Source of the DNA: a virus
Lineage: Duplodnaviria; Caudoviricetes
IMG/VR virus record: IMGVR_UViG_3300027808_000150
Location: 1 to 25,472 of that record
DNA length: 25,472 nucleotides
Reading direction: 5' to 3' (one strand)
Made by a program: the position numbers and the translations under genes. Shown here in pieces: positions 1 through 10,500 of this stretch. The stretch's first letter is position 1. Each line of letters starts with the position of its first letter. The notes under the pieces were generated by a model that worked only from the letters and a program-made list of their open reading frames with translations, was not told the DNA's origin and did not search any database.

Positions 1-1005
1 GACCAAGTCTTCAAGTGTTTGTGGAACAACAACGCTGGTGCATCAACAAGAGAACCGTATTTTGAACCCGGTACATATTCAGCCAACAGAATTTTCCAAG
101 GTGACGATGGTTACAAATGGAAATTTATGTACACCATCGACACTGGCCTAAAACTTAAGTTTATGGACAAAGAGTGGATGCCTGTACAGGTGGGTTCAAA
201 CACTCCTAATCCATTGGTTACCAGTGCAGGTGCAGGTAGTATAGATGTTATCAACGTCATAAATGGTGGGTCAGGATACGACACGGTCAATGCGGTTGTG
301 TATGTTACTATCACAGGTGACGGCACAGGTGCAACCGCATCCGCAAACGTGCAATCATTGGCTTCTGGTGGTTCAGTTAGAGATATTATTGTGGTAAATC
401 CAGGTAGCAACTACACCTATGCCAATATTGCAGTGACTTCCACAATAGGTAGTAACGCCAACGTTACATGGGCAACATCACCAATTGGTGGCCACGGGTT
501 CGATCCTATTTCTGAATTAGGTTGTGAACATGTTATGTTAACCGCTGAGTTTGATGGTGATGAAAATGGTTTTGTACCAACAGATATTGACTATCACCAA
601 GTTGGTATCTTGGTGAATCCAACCACAAAACAATTCAATCCAAACCCAGCCAATGGTATTATCTACAGTACAACAACAAACATTGTCGTGGCTCCAGGTT
701 CAGATGCGGGTTATATAGCTGATGAGTTTGTATATCAAGGTACTTTGGCCAATCCATCATTTTACGCAAACGTTTTGAGTTTTGACGGTGGTTCCAACCT
801 GATTAAGCTGATAAATACAACAGGCACTCCAGCAAATAACAGTCCAATATTTGGGCAAGATTCAAAGACAACAAGAACATTATTGTCATACAGTACTCCA
901 AATTTTGCAGTTCATTCTGGTTATATGATTTATGTACAGAATAGGTCCGGTGTTCAAAGAAGTACTGATGGCATAGAACAATTCAGATTCGTATTAGGTT
1001 TCTAA
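1..1005 (+). CDS. gp8: T4-like baseplate wedge subunit gp8, 5'-truncated by the window edge
   Basis: Frame is open from base 1 (DQVFKCLWNN...), so the TTG start at 19 is probably not the true start. Contains VFKCL.N and DGYKWKFMYTI motifs typical of gp8, a DYHQVGILVNP motif, and a C-terminal SG.MIY.QNR....RS.D..E.FRFVL.F. NGGSGY/NPGSNY inserts resemble those in cyanophage-type gp8. Confidence 0.88.
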   Translation, partial: DQVFKCLWNNNAGASTREPYFEPGTYSANRIFQGDDGYKWKFMYTIDTGLKLKFMDKEWMPVQVGSNTPNPLVTSAGAGSIDVINVINGGSGYDTVNAVVYVTITGDGTGATASANVQSLASGGSVRDIIVVNPGSNYTYANIAVTSTIGSNANVTWATSPIGGHGFDPISELGCEHVMLTAEFDGDENGFVPTDIDYHQVGILVNPTTKQFNPNPANGIIYSTTTNIVVAPGSDAGYIADEFVYQGTLANPSFYANVLSFDGGSNLIKLINTTGTPANNSPIFGQDSKTTRTLLSYSTPNFAVHSGYMIYVQNRSGVQRSTDGIEQFRFVLGF

Positions 1006-1014
1006 GGGAAAAAA

Positions 1015-4000
1015 ATGGCTTTAAATTTTAACGTTGATCCATACTATGACGATTTCGATGGAACAAAAAACTTCCATCGCATATTGTTTAAACCTGGTGT
1101 TGCTGTACAAGCAAGAGAATTAACACAAGCACAAACAATATTACAAAACCAAATCACCAGTTTTGCGGACAACATTTTTAAACAAAATTCTCCTGTTACA
1201 GGTGGCCAGGTTACAAGCAATTTTGATGTAAAGTATGTTAAGATTCAAGATGCCTTTGAAGGTATTACTATTGATGTTGAACAATTCCAGGATAAATTAA
1301 TTAGAAATGCTACTGGAACTGTTGTTGCTAGAGTTATAACAACTGCGGTAGCAACAGGCACATCTGGTGAAGGCGATCCAGCCACACTGATTGTTTCTTA
1401 TAAAACTGGTACACAATTTGCAGACAATGATATTATCTATGACGCAAATTCAAATCTAACTTGTCAAGCTATGCCAAGTGAATCAGTTGGATCCGCATCA
1501 ATTGCATCCATTTCACAAGGTGTTTTTTATGTACTAGGTAACTTCGTTCAAGTAAGCCCACAAACAGTTATCTTGGACAAATACGGTAATCTTCCATCAA
1601 AGCGAGTTGGTTTAGAAATTACTGAAACAATTTTTGATTATGCAAATGATAATTCACTATTAGATCCGGCCGTTGGTGCATCCAACTATCAGGCTCCAGG
1701 TGCAGACCGTTATGTAATTAGTTTACAACTATCATCAAGACCATTATATTTTGGTGACGATGCATTGTTCATTGAATTGGTCCGTATAGAAGAAGGTAGT
1801 GTGTATCGAATGGTTGATGGTTCAGTCTATGCAACCATTGATGATTACTTTGCCAAGCGTGACTATGAAACTAATGGTGATTATATAATTCAAGATTTTA
1901 AATTAACACCAAAATCTTATGCGGCTGATGAAGACAAATACACAATGAGTGTTAGTAAAGGGTTGGCATATGTTCACGGTTATCGTGTTGAGAATCCATC
2001 ACCAATTAACCTGATTTCAAATCGTGCAAGAACAACAGCTTCACAAAATAATGAACCATCTTTTATAGATTATGGCAGTTATTTCTTAGTAAGTAATATT
2101 GCTGGTTCAGGCACACAAACTTTTCCTGTAACAACAGCAAACACAGTGGACTTCCATTGTGTTGCTAACACAGATATCAATACTGCAAATGCAACAACTT
2201 ACAATTCAACATTGGTTGCAACCGCCTATATCCGTGGACTTCAATTTGAAAGTAGTCCAACAAACAATGATCCGTCTACATATATTTACAAAGCACACGT
2301 ATTTGACCTTGTAAATAAATCAATTTCAGCAAATGTAATATCGGCAAACTCAACCATGGTCACATTGACCGCTCTCGGCCAATCAACCACAGTTGATAAT
2401 GCTTATGTTGGTGTAGATATTTCAATTATCAAAGGCACAAACGCTGGTGAAACAAGAACCATTTCCAATTACAATGGTACAACAAGAGCCGCAACAGTAA
2501 ACCAATCTTGGAGTGTTGTACCGGATAATACTTCTGTGTATGTTTTGAATTTTGATACACCAGATATTGAGTCTATGGTGTTTACGAATAGTGATGGTGC
2601 ATATCCAAAAGTTAAATATGCAAGTGCAAAGATTGACAATTCTGGAAAATCAGGTAATTTACCAGCAGGAGATACAGAATTTTTTAATCCAAATATAGCC
2701 GAAATGATTTATCCAATCGGCAATCCATATGTTGAAAGTATATCATCACCATCATATACAACATATCAAGAAATTAAAGGCGTAAACTTTAACGTTTCTG
2801 GATCCACATTATCAGCCTCATTAGATTACACAAGTAGTTATGCGGGTGTTATTAAACATTTGGGTAACGAAGGCACAACACTCTCAACTGATGTTGTAGA
2901 ACAATGTTATACAGTTATTGTTACAGACAGACAATCAAATAGTACCATAACTAATGGTCAAGTTATTCCATGGACATTTAATGGTAGAGCTGTTTCTTTA
3001 AATAATGATGGTTCAGTTGCAACATTTACTACACCAACATCCGATTTATCGGCCTTCACCGCAACAATCATTGCAAAAGTTTTTGTTGTTGATGGTACAA
3101 ATACCAGCCACATCTTAAGAATCAAAAATTTAGTTACAGGAAACACAGGCACAGTTACTAGTAATGCATCAGGATATGTTACACAAGTTGCAACAAATAC
3201 TTTTGTTGATGATTCAGCAAGTTCAACTGGTCACATTTACATTAAAGCATCAGGTGTTCTTTCAAACGGTGTTAAACAATCATTATATTTGTCTGATGTT
3301 AAACAACTCGTAAAGATTATAGATACAAAAACTGATATAGTACCGACACTTGCAATGTTAACTAACAGTTCATATGATGTTACCAGCCGTTACACATTTG
3401 ATAATGGCCAAAAAGATAATTACTATGACCATGCATCAGTATCATTGAGACCAGGTGCAATTAAGCCAACAGGAAATCTTCTTGTTATTGTTGACTACTA
3501 CAAACACAGTGGTGGTGATGGTTACTTTAGTAAAATGTCATACATTGACAACTCAAGTTCGCCAGAAGACTATAATCAAATACCATCATACGTTAGTAAA
3601 TACGGTGCAGTATATTCTTTGAGAGATTGTATTGATTTTAGACCATCAAGACTAAATGCACAGACACAATTTGTTTTCCGTTATTCTAATCCGGGATCAC
3701 CAAGAGCCGGTTCATTGTTACCAGCAAATCTATCAACATTTATTTGTGATTACTCTTACTACCTTGGTCGTAAGGACAAATTAATCATAACAAAAGATAA
3801 AGCAATACAAATAATTGAAGGTTCTCCTTCAATAAATCCTTTGTTACCAAATGAACCTGAGGGTGCATTGGTGTTGGCCAACCTGGTACACAGACCATAT
3901 ACTGGATATGTACCAACAGAAATTCCAACAGGATTGTCAGACTTATCAATCGAATCATTACAACACCGCCGTTACACAATGTCGGACATTGCTGGTTTGG

Positions 4001-7000
4001 ATACAAGAATTAATAGAATTGAATACTATACTGCATTAAATGCACTTGAACAAAACGCAAACTCATTACAAATATCGGATGCATTTGGACTAAACAGATT
4101 CAAAAACGGTATTATGGTAGATGATTTTTCTGGCTACGCAGCAGCTGATGCTGGTATTGCAGATTTCAGTGCGAATATTAACCGCAGAACTAAACAGATG
4201 ACAGCAAAACAAACTGTCAAGAATTTTCCATTAAAGAGTTTAGCTCTAGCCTATAACATGGGTAGACCAACGAGCACTGCTATTTCTGCTTTAAATTTTG
4301 CTAGAACCTCTGACGGTTATACAAATTATTTTTCTTTGCCATATACTAATACGAATATTATTGCACAAAGACTAGCAAGTAGAACCGTAAATTTAAATCC
4401 TTTCTCAGTAACAAATGCGAAAGGTTTGATTTCACTATCACCTAACGTTGACACTTGGGTGGATACAACATATTCACCATCATTATTGATTGTTGATCCT
4501 AACCTGCATATCTGGCAAAGTTCCAATCAGATTAATACTTTAGTTTCAGGTGATTGGCAATCAGTTTCTGGTGTAACAACATTAGATTCACAATCGTCAA
4601 CATCTGCTAGTTGGGAAACTAGATGGATTGATAATAGAACATTAGAACATGTTACACAAACAACAACAACATCAACATATCAAACCGTAACAAATCAAAC
4701 CGGAACAGATATACTTGGTGCATATAGTCAAATTGATAATACATATTCTTTAAATAATGGTTACATCAATGACATTAGTATTTTACCATGGATGAGAGAA
4801 CAAGATATTGTTGTGCGAGCTCAGGAGATGTTATACAAAACACCAATTTATAGTTTCTTTGATACAATTAGTGTTGATAACTACATCAAAAAAGCAAATG
4901 AGATTGAAATAACTGATGCTGTTGGACCATGGCAACCAGGTGATATCGTTGGTTACTACACATCAGGAACATTTTATCCAACAGGTATTGTTATTGGCAT
5001 ATATGATTATCCAGATTCTAATGCACTAAGATTGTATGTATCAGGAGATGGTAGAACAACAACATATCACAATGGTCAAACTATACGAAATGCTTTCTTT
5101 AATGCTGAAGGTGTGTATCAAAGCACAAACGCATCAGGAACATTTAGTAGTCAAAAACATAATGGTGGTTTAGTGCAAGCTGTTACCAATTCAACAACAA
5201 TAGTATTGTCAAGTTTGGCTTCTTCAACAAGCACAGATTATGTTGGTAGTACATTGTACATTAATGCAGGTAACGGACAAGGCCAATCAGCAGTAATTAC
5301 CGGTTACAATGGAACAAGTAAAGTATTGACATTGGCTACAGGAATATCTTGTTCAGTTAATGACCTATATTCTATTGGTCCATTTGTAACAGATGAAGAA
5401 GGAAGTTTCTATGGTATCTTTATTGTACCAGCAAACACTTTCCACACAGGTACTAGAGTGTTACGTATGGACAATCGTTTCAATGGAAACGAAGCCACTA
5501 TAACAACATTTGCAGAAGGTACATTCTATGCATCCGGTTTGCAAGTTAACAAACAAAATATAGATTTCGGTGCATCACCAGCTGGCGCAAAAGATACCTT
5601 CTTGCAAACAAAGAAACGTGATGTAGTAACATTTGAAACAGTAGTAGATGTAAAAAATGCCTATTGGTATACTAAACATGATCCTGTTGCACAAACATTT
5701 ATTATTGATAAATCGAATTTCCCTAATGGTGCTTACTTAGCTTCAGTTAGAGTATTCTTCTCATCAAAACCGGTGAGTGATACTGCACCAGTAAGGTTGT
5801 CTATTGTTGGTACATTAAACGGTTATCCAAATGGTACTACATTAGATAATTCTATTGTTACATTACCAGCATACAAAGTCAAAACGTCAACATCACCACA
5901 ATATTTGGATGAAAATGCGTATACTGAATTTGTTTTTGATTCACCAGTTTACATTCAATCTGATGTGTTGTATGCAATGATTGTACGTTCTTCTTCAAAT
6001 GAATACAATATATATTGTGCTGCAAACGGTGACACAGCTTTACCATCATCTGTAAAGAATCTAGCATCTGATCCATATCCAAGTTCAATTACAAAAATTG
6101 CAACAGCTCCTTATGTGGGTTCATTATTCTTGTCACAAAATTCACAAACATGGCAAGCGGACCAAAATCAAAGTTTAATGTTTACAATTGAACGTGCTAA
6201 GTTTGACATAACAAAAACACCTTCGATTAGAATGGTTGTTCCTAAGAAAATGCCACAGAGAACGTTAGTTGAAAATCAAATTGATTATTACACTAATGCA
6301 AACAATATGACTAATGTGGTCGGAACAACCTCAAATGTAGATATGTTAGTTGATGCCTTTAATGTTACAACAACAGATTTTGTTCCTTCATCAACAGCAA
6401 TTACATATACCTATTCAGCAACATTGCAAAATGGCACAGATACATCCGAGGTTAATATTAATCCTGGTAAATATGGTACAACAATGTTTGAACACATTTA
6501 TTTGAATGACAATAGAGGTCAAAGAATAATTCAAGCCAATTCAACAACTTCTTTCTCCATGTATGGTTACTTAGAGTCAAAAGATGATGCAGTATCGCCT
6601 ATTATTTCCGATGCTGGAACTTCTTTATTCACGATTCAGTATGATATTAATAATTGTCCTTTATCAAATGGTTTAATATCAATTACCAATGGTGGCAGTG
6701 GTTATAACGTTCAAAACACAACAGTTACAATTTCACCACCAACTGGCAAGAATGGTGAACAGGCATACGCAACAGCCAATGTAGTTGGTGGTGTTATTGA
6801 TGCAATTTATGTTACAACACCGGGTGCTGGATACATTGAGACACCAACTATTACAATAGTTGATGCAAACAATACACCAGGAACAGGTGCAACTGCAATT
6901 GTTGCTGGAGAAACATCAACAAAAGGTGGACCAGCAGCAACACGATATATTACCAAGAAAATTGTACTGCAAGGTGGCTTTGATTCTGGTGACCTGAACG

Positions 7001-7356
7001 TTTACATGGGTGCATATCGTCCATTAGGAACCGATATCAATGTTTACTATAAAGTATTGAGTAGAAATGATACTCAAGAATTTGATGATGGTTACTGGCA
7101 ATTAATGACAAAAACAAACAGTTCTGATGGTGCATATTCACTAGCAAGAGCTGACTTACATGAGTATACTTTTGCTCCAGGAACACTAGGTAAAGACCAA
7201 GGATATATTTCTTATTTGGGTAACAATGGACAAACATATTACACATTTAGCCAGTTCGCTATCAAAATTGTTTTAACAACTACAGATGAAACACTTGTTC
7301 CTTTCTTATCCGATATGAGATGTATCGCTCTACCAGCAAACACTAATACCGTATAA
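1015..7356 (+). CDS. Large virion structural protein, DUF4815 / VrlC-like (baseplate-associated)
   Basis: 2113 aa. N-terminal NVDPYYDDF...RILFKPG.AVQARELTQ.Q.ILQNQI, APGADR, RFKNG..VD.F and DPVAQTF motifs, and C-terminal F..FAIKIVL....VP...D.R.IAL. Follows gp8, as in T4-like cyanophage-type genomes. RBS-like AAGGG upstream. Confidence 0.85.
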   Translation: MALNFNVDPYYDDFDGTKNFHRILFKPGVAVQARELTQAQTILQNQITSFADNIFKQNSPVTGGQVTSNFDVKYVKIQDAFEGITIDVEQFQDKLIRNATGTVVARVITTAVATGTSGEGDPATLIVSYKTGTQFADNDIIYDANSNLTCQAMPSESVGSASIASISQGVFYVLGNFVQVSPQTVILDKYGNLPSKRVGLEITETIFDYANDNSLLDPAVGASNYQAPGADRYVISLQLSSRPLYFGDDALFIELVRIEEGSVYRMVDGSVYATIDDYFAKRDYETNGDYIIQDFKLTPKSYAADEDKYTMSVSKGLAYVHGYRVENPSPINLISNRARTTASQNNEPSFIDYGSYFLVSNIAGSGTQTFPVTTANTVDFHCVANTDINTANATTYNSTLVATAYIRGLQFESSPTNNDPSTYIYKAHVFDLVNKSISANVISANSTMVTLTALGQSTTVDNAYVGVDISIIKGTNAGETRTISNYNGTTRAATVNQSWSVVPDNTSVYVLNFDTPDIESMVFTNSDGAYPKVKYASAKIDNSGKSGNLPAGDTEFFNPNIAEMIYPIGNPYVESISSPSYTTYQEIKGVNFNVSGSTLSASLDYTSSYAGVIKHLGNEGTTLSTDVVEQCYTVIVTDRQSNSTITNGQVIPWTFNGRAVSLNNDGSVATFTTPTSDLSAFTATIIAKVFVVDGTNTSHILRIKNLVTGNTGTVTSNASGYVTQVATNTFVDDSASSTGHIYIKASGVLSNGVKQSLYLSDVKQLVKIIDTKTDIVPTLAMLTNSSYDVTSRYTFDNGQKDNYYDHASVSLRPGAIKPTGNLLVIVDYYKHSGGDGYFSKMSYIDNSSSPEDYNQIPSYVSKYGAVYSLRDCIDFRPSRLNAQTQFVFRYSNPGSPRAGSLLPANLSTFICDYSYYLGRKDKLIITKDKAIQIIEGSPSINPLLPNEPEGALVLANLVHRPYTGYVPTEIPTGLSDLSIESLQHRRYTMSDIAGLDTRINRIEYYTALNALEQNANSLQISDAFGLNRFKNGIMVDDFSGYAAADAGIADFSANINRRTKQMTAKQTVKNFPLKSLALAYNMGRPTSTAISALNFARTSDGYTNYFSLPYTNTNIIAQRLASRTVNLNPFSVTNAKGLISLSPNVDTWVDTTYSPSLLIVDPNLHIWQSSNQINTLVSGDWQSVSGVTTLDSQSSTSASWETRWIDNRTLEHVTQTTTTSTYQTVTNQTGTDILGAYSQIDNTYSLNNGYINDISILPWMREQDIVVRAQEMLYKTPIYSFFDTISVDNYIKKANEIEITDAVGPWQPGDIVGYYTSGTFYPTGIVIGIYDYPDSNALRLYVSGDGRTTTYHNGQTIRNAFFNAEGVYQSTNASGTFSSQKHNGGLVQAVTNSTTIVLSSLASSTSTDYVGSTLYINAGNGQGQSAVITGYNGTSKVLTLATGISCSVNDLYSIGPFVTDEEGSFYGIFIVPANTFHTGTRVLRMDNRFNGNEATITTFAEGTFYASGLQVNKQNIDFGASPAGAKDTFLQTKKRDVVTFETVVDVKNAYWYTKHDPVAQTFIIDKSNFPNGAYLASVRVFFSSKPVSDTAPVRLSIVGTLNGYPNGTTLDNSIVTLPAYKVKTSTSPQYLDENAYTEFVFDSPVYIQSDVLYAMIVRSSSNEYNIYCAANGDTALPSSVKNLASDPYPSSITKIATAPYVGSLFLSQNSQTWQADQNQSLMFTIERAKFDITKTPSIRMVVPKKMPQRTLVENQIDYYTNANNMTNVVGTTSNVDMLVDAFNVTTTDFVPSSTAITYTYSATLQNGTDTSEVNINPGKYGTTMFEHIYLNDNRGQRIIQANSTTSFSMYGYLESKDDAVSPIISDAGTSLFTIQYDINNCPLSNGLISITNGGSGYNVQNTTVTISPPTGKNGEQAYATANVVGGVIDAIYVTTPGAGYIETPTITIVDANNTPGTGATAIVAGETSTKGGPAATRYITKKIVLQGGFDSGDLNVYMGAYRPLGTDINVYYKVLSRNDTQEFDDGYWQLMTKTNSSDGAYSLARADLHEYTFAPGTLGKDQGYISYLGNNGQTYYTFSQFAIKIVLTTTDETLVPFLSDMRCIALPANTNTV

Positions 7357-7358
7357 TT

Positions 7359-7580
7359 ATGCATTTGTTAAAAGTACAAGGCACAAAATTGGTGAGAGAC
7401 CCTAGAAATGGTGCCATAATTAATCAGGATAAAACTGGACTGGATGAATACTTGGCCAAACGCCGTGGTATGGAGTCTCAAAAGGAAGAAATAAATAAAG
7501 TAAAGTCTGATATCACAGAAATGAAACAAGACATGACAGAAATAAAAAGTTTGTTACTAAAACTATTAGAAAAAGGTTAA
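7359..7580 (+). CDS. Small conserved T4-like phage protein with C-terminal coiled coil
   Basis: 73 aa. KV.G..LVRD...GAIIN motif, then heptads (INKVKSDITEMKQDMTEIKSLL). Packed with 2-nt and 1-nt gaps between neighbours. Confidence 0.8.
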   Translation: MHLLKVQGTKLVRDPRNGAIINQDKTGLDEYLAKRRGMESQKEEINKVKSDITEMKQDMTEIKSLLLKLLEKG

Positions 7581-7581
7581 A

Positions 7582-10500
7582 ATGGCTAATACAGTTACCT
7601 CATTAAATTATGCCAACACATTCGGACATTGGTTGACTGCAACCAGTGCGTTGATTGCTGAAAATAATACATTGGCCAAAGACAATTATGTAAAAGATTC
7701 CGGTACAATTTATCTTTCAGAAGGCACATTGACTGCGCTGCAATCAAATGGTAATGTTGTCATACAAAAATCATTGAGTGTTCAAGGTGTTGGTTCTTCT
7801 GCGACAGTACAAAATGATTTGACAGTTGAACGTCAAGGTCGATTCACAAACACAGAACTAAGTTTGGTTGCATCTGGTAGTGCAAACGTTGCAAACGTAT
7901 TGAATGTTTTAGGTTCCGGTTTTGGTTTAAAGGTTGCAAATAATGCAAGAGTTGGCGGTGATTTGTATGTTGGTGGAAACCTAGATTTAAATATTCTAGA
8001 AGCCCGTCAAAAAGTTAATACAGAAACTCTATCTGTTACTGGTACATCATACACCAGTAAACTACAATCAAATAACCAAGTTGTTACAGGTGTACTTACA
8101 GCAAATACTTATATTTACACAAGTCGTTTACAATCAAACACTTCTATAACAACCACAGAAATTCAAGCTAACACCGTTATTAACGCTGCAACTATTTCTA
8201 TAACAACTGGTATCTTTGGCAACTCGGTACAAGCCAACTCTAGTGTTAACACATCCAACGCATCTATTGTACACACATTACATACAAATAGATTGCAAGC
8301 CAATTCATCCGTAAACACTTCAAATGCTTCTGTAGTTAATACACTATATGCAAAATTTTTGGTTGCCAACTCTACTATAGTTGTTCCAGAAGCATTTATC
8401 ACAGGCAATTCATTCGTAAGTAATAGTTCTTTCGTCACAGGATCCACATATTCAACCGATGTTTTCGCATCAAACACGGTCTTTAGTAATGTAATATATG
8501 CAAATACATTATACCTACAAAATAATAGTTTAACAGTAGGTAACACCAATTCTACATCGTTCTTTGCATCTTCAAATATAACCACACCAACTCTACATTC
8601 AATAAATTCTTTTGGTGATTATCTTACTGCAAACTTACATATCTATACACCTTCAATAGACGTTGAGGGTACCACATTAACTCAAACTGTTCAAGCAAAT
8701 TCGTCAATGAATACATCCAACTCAAGTGTTGTTAACACCAGTTGGACAAAAAATTTAATTGCAAACACATTAATTACCACTGCAGCTATAGCTGTAACAG
8801 GTAAAACTCATACCAATACTTTACAAGCCAATACATCAGCCAATACAGAAACTATATCTGTGACTCAACGTGCATTGATTGACCAAGTACAGGCAAATAC
8901 ATCCGTTAATACACAAATTTTAAGTGTATCAACAACAGCATTTGCAAATAGACTAGAAGCAAACAGCATAGTCTTTACACCATTATTGAATGTAACTGCT
9001 AATACATTTACAAACAGATTACAATCAAATGTTTCTGTAAACACTGCAACAATGAGTGTGACACAAAAAATTGATGCTAATGACGCATCAGTATTTGTTG
9101 GTAATTTACAAACTGTAGGACAACTATCGGTTGGTGGTAATTTCATTATTAACGGAGCAACGATTTATAACTCCAACGTTTTCACAATCAATGCAGGTTC
9201 AAATGAAGGACAATTTAGTAGCATTGTTGTAAATAGAGGACAAACTGGTGCAAACGGAGAGATTCGTTGGAATGAAACAGAAGAATATTGGGACATTTAC
9301 GAAACAAACAGTGGTAATTATTACAGAATTTTAACAGATGAACATCTTAGCGATGTATTAACCTCTACAAGTTCATTAGGTGTTGCCTCCTCTTTGGCTG
9401 CAAATACATTAAATGAAAGAATTGAAACAGCAAATACCTTCTTACAAAATCGTTTTACTTTATCTAGTAGTTTTGCTAATGGTGCCTTTGTTAGAGCCAA
9501 CTCATCTTATACAGCACAAAATACAACTGCATCGTTTGCTAATGCGGCCTTCATTCATGCTAATGCAGCATTTGAATCTGCAAACAATGTGGCACCTCAG
9601 GTTGCACCAGCATTTGCACAAGCCAACGCAGCATTCACAAAAGCAAACAGTGTTATTTCTTCAATTCGTGGAACAACAGGTTCAATTTCTGCAAGTGCAG
9701 CAGGTATTACTTTAAAGAGTAACAATGGTATTATTATATTTGCCACAAATGATAATGATACTGGTAACACATTGTCCATTAGCACATCACAAGACCTAAC
9801 CACAACAGGTTCACCAACCTTTGCTGCACTGTCACTGACAACACCACTACAGGTTGGCCAAGGCGGTACAGGAACATCATCCTACGCATCATTATTTGGT
9901 TTGACTGTCACTGCTGCAGCAGGTTCAGGTGCCGCAGGAAAAGTTTTGGGTACAGATGGTGCAGGTGGTTATTCTTGGGTAACCGGTGGCACAGGTGAAG
10001 GTGGAGGTGGCACACAACCAGGTTCTAGAATTTCATCATCACGTTTATCATATACCGGTGACAGCCTCACAACCAAATTTACTACACCGACCTTTAGTGT
10101 TGGTACACAACTAAGAACATACATTAACGGTGTGCGTCAATTAGAATCCGAATATTTTGCATTCACTTCAAACTCAATTGTTCAGTTCACAAGCGCACCA
10201 GTAACAGGCGACAAAATATTGGTTGAGGTTGATGGCTATGCGGTGTATGAATACTTTGCAAACAACATTGTTTATGGTCCTGCGTCAGGTGATATGGTTG
10301 GTTCAACAATTCAAGATGCAATTGACAACCTAGAAACTAGAAAGATGCCAATAATTGGTGGCACATTTACTGGTCGTGTTAATGGTTTGACGATGCCGAT
10401 AAACTTAGGATCGAATACTGTGTTTGCGACAACCGCATATGTGACTAATCATGCAAATTCCGGTTACACACTTACACATAGTATTACTGGTAATGCAGGC

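Noticed and set aside
19-21. TTG start proposed for the first ORF
   Set aside because: The frame is open from base 1 and includes the conserved VFKCL motif upstream, so the gene begins outside the window.
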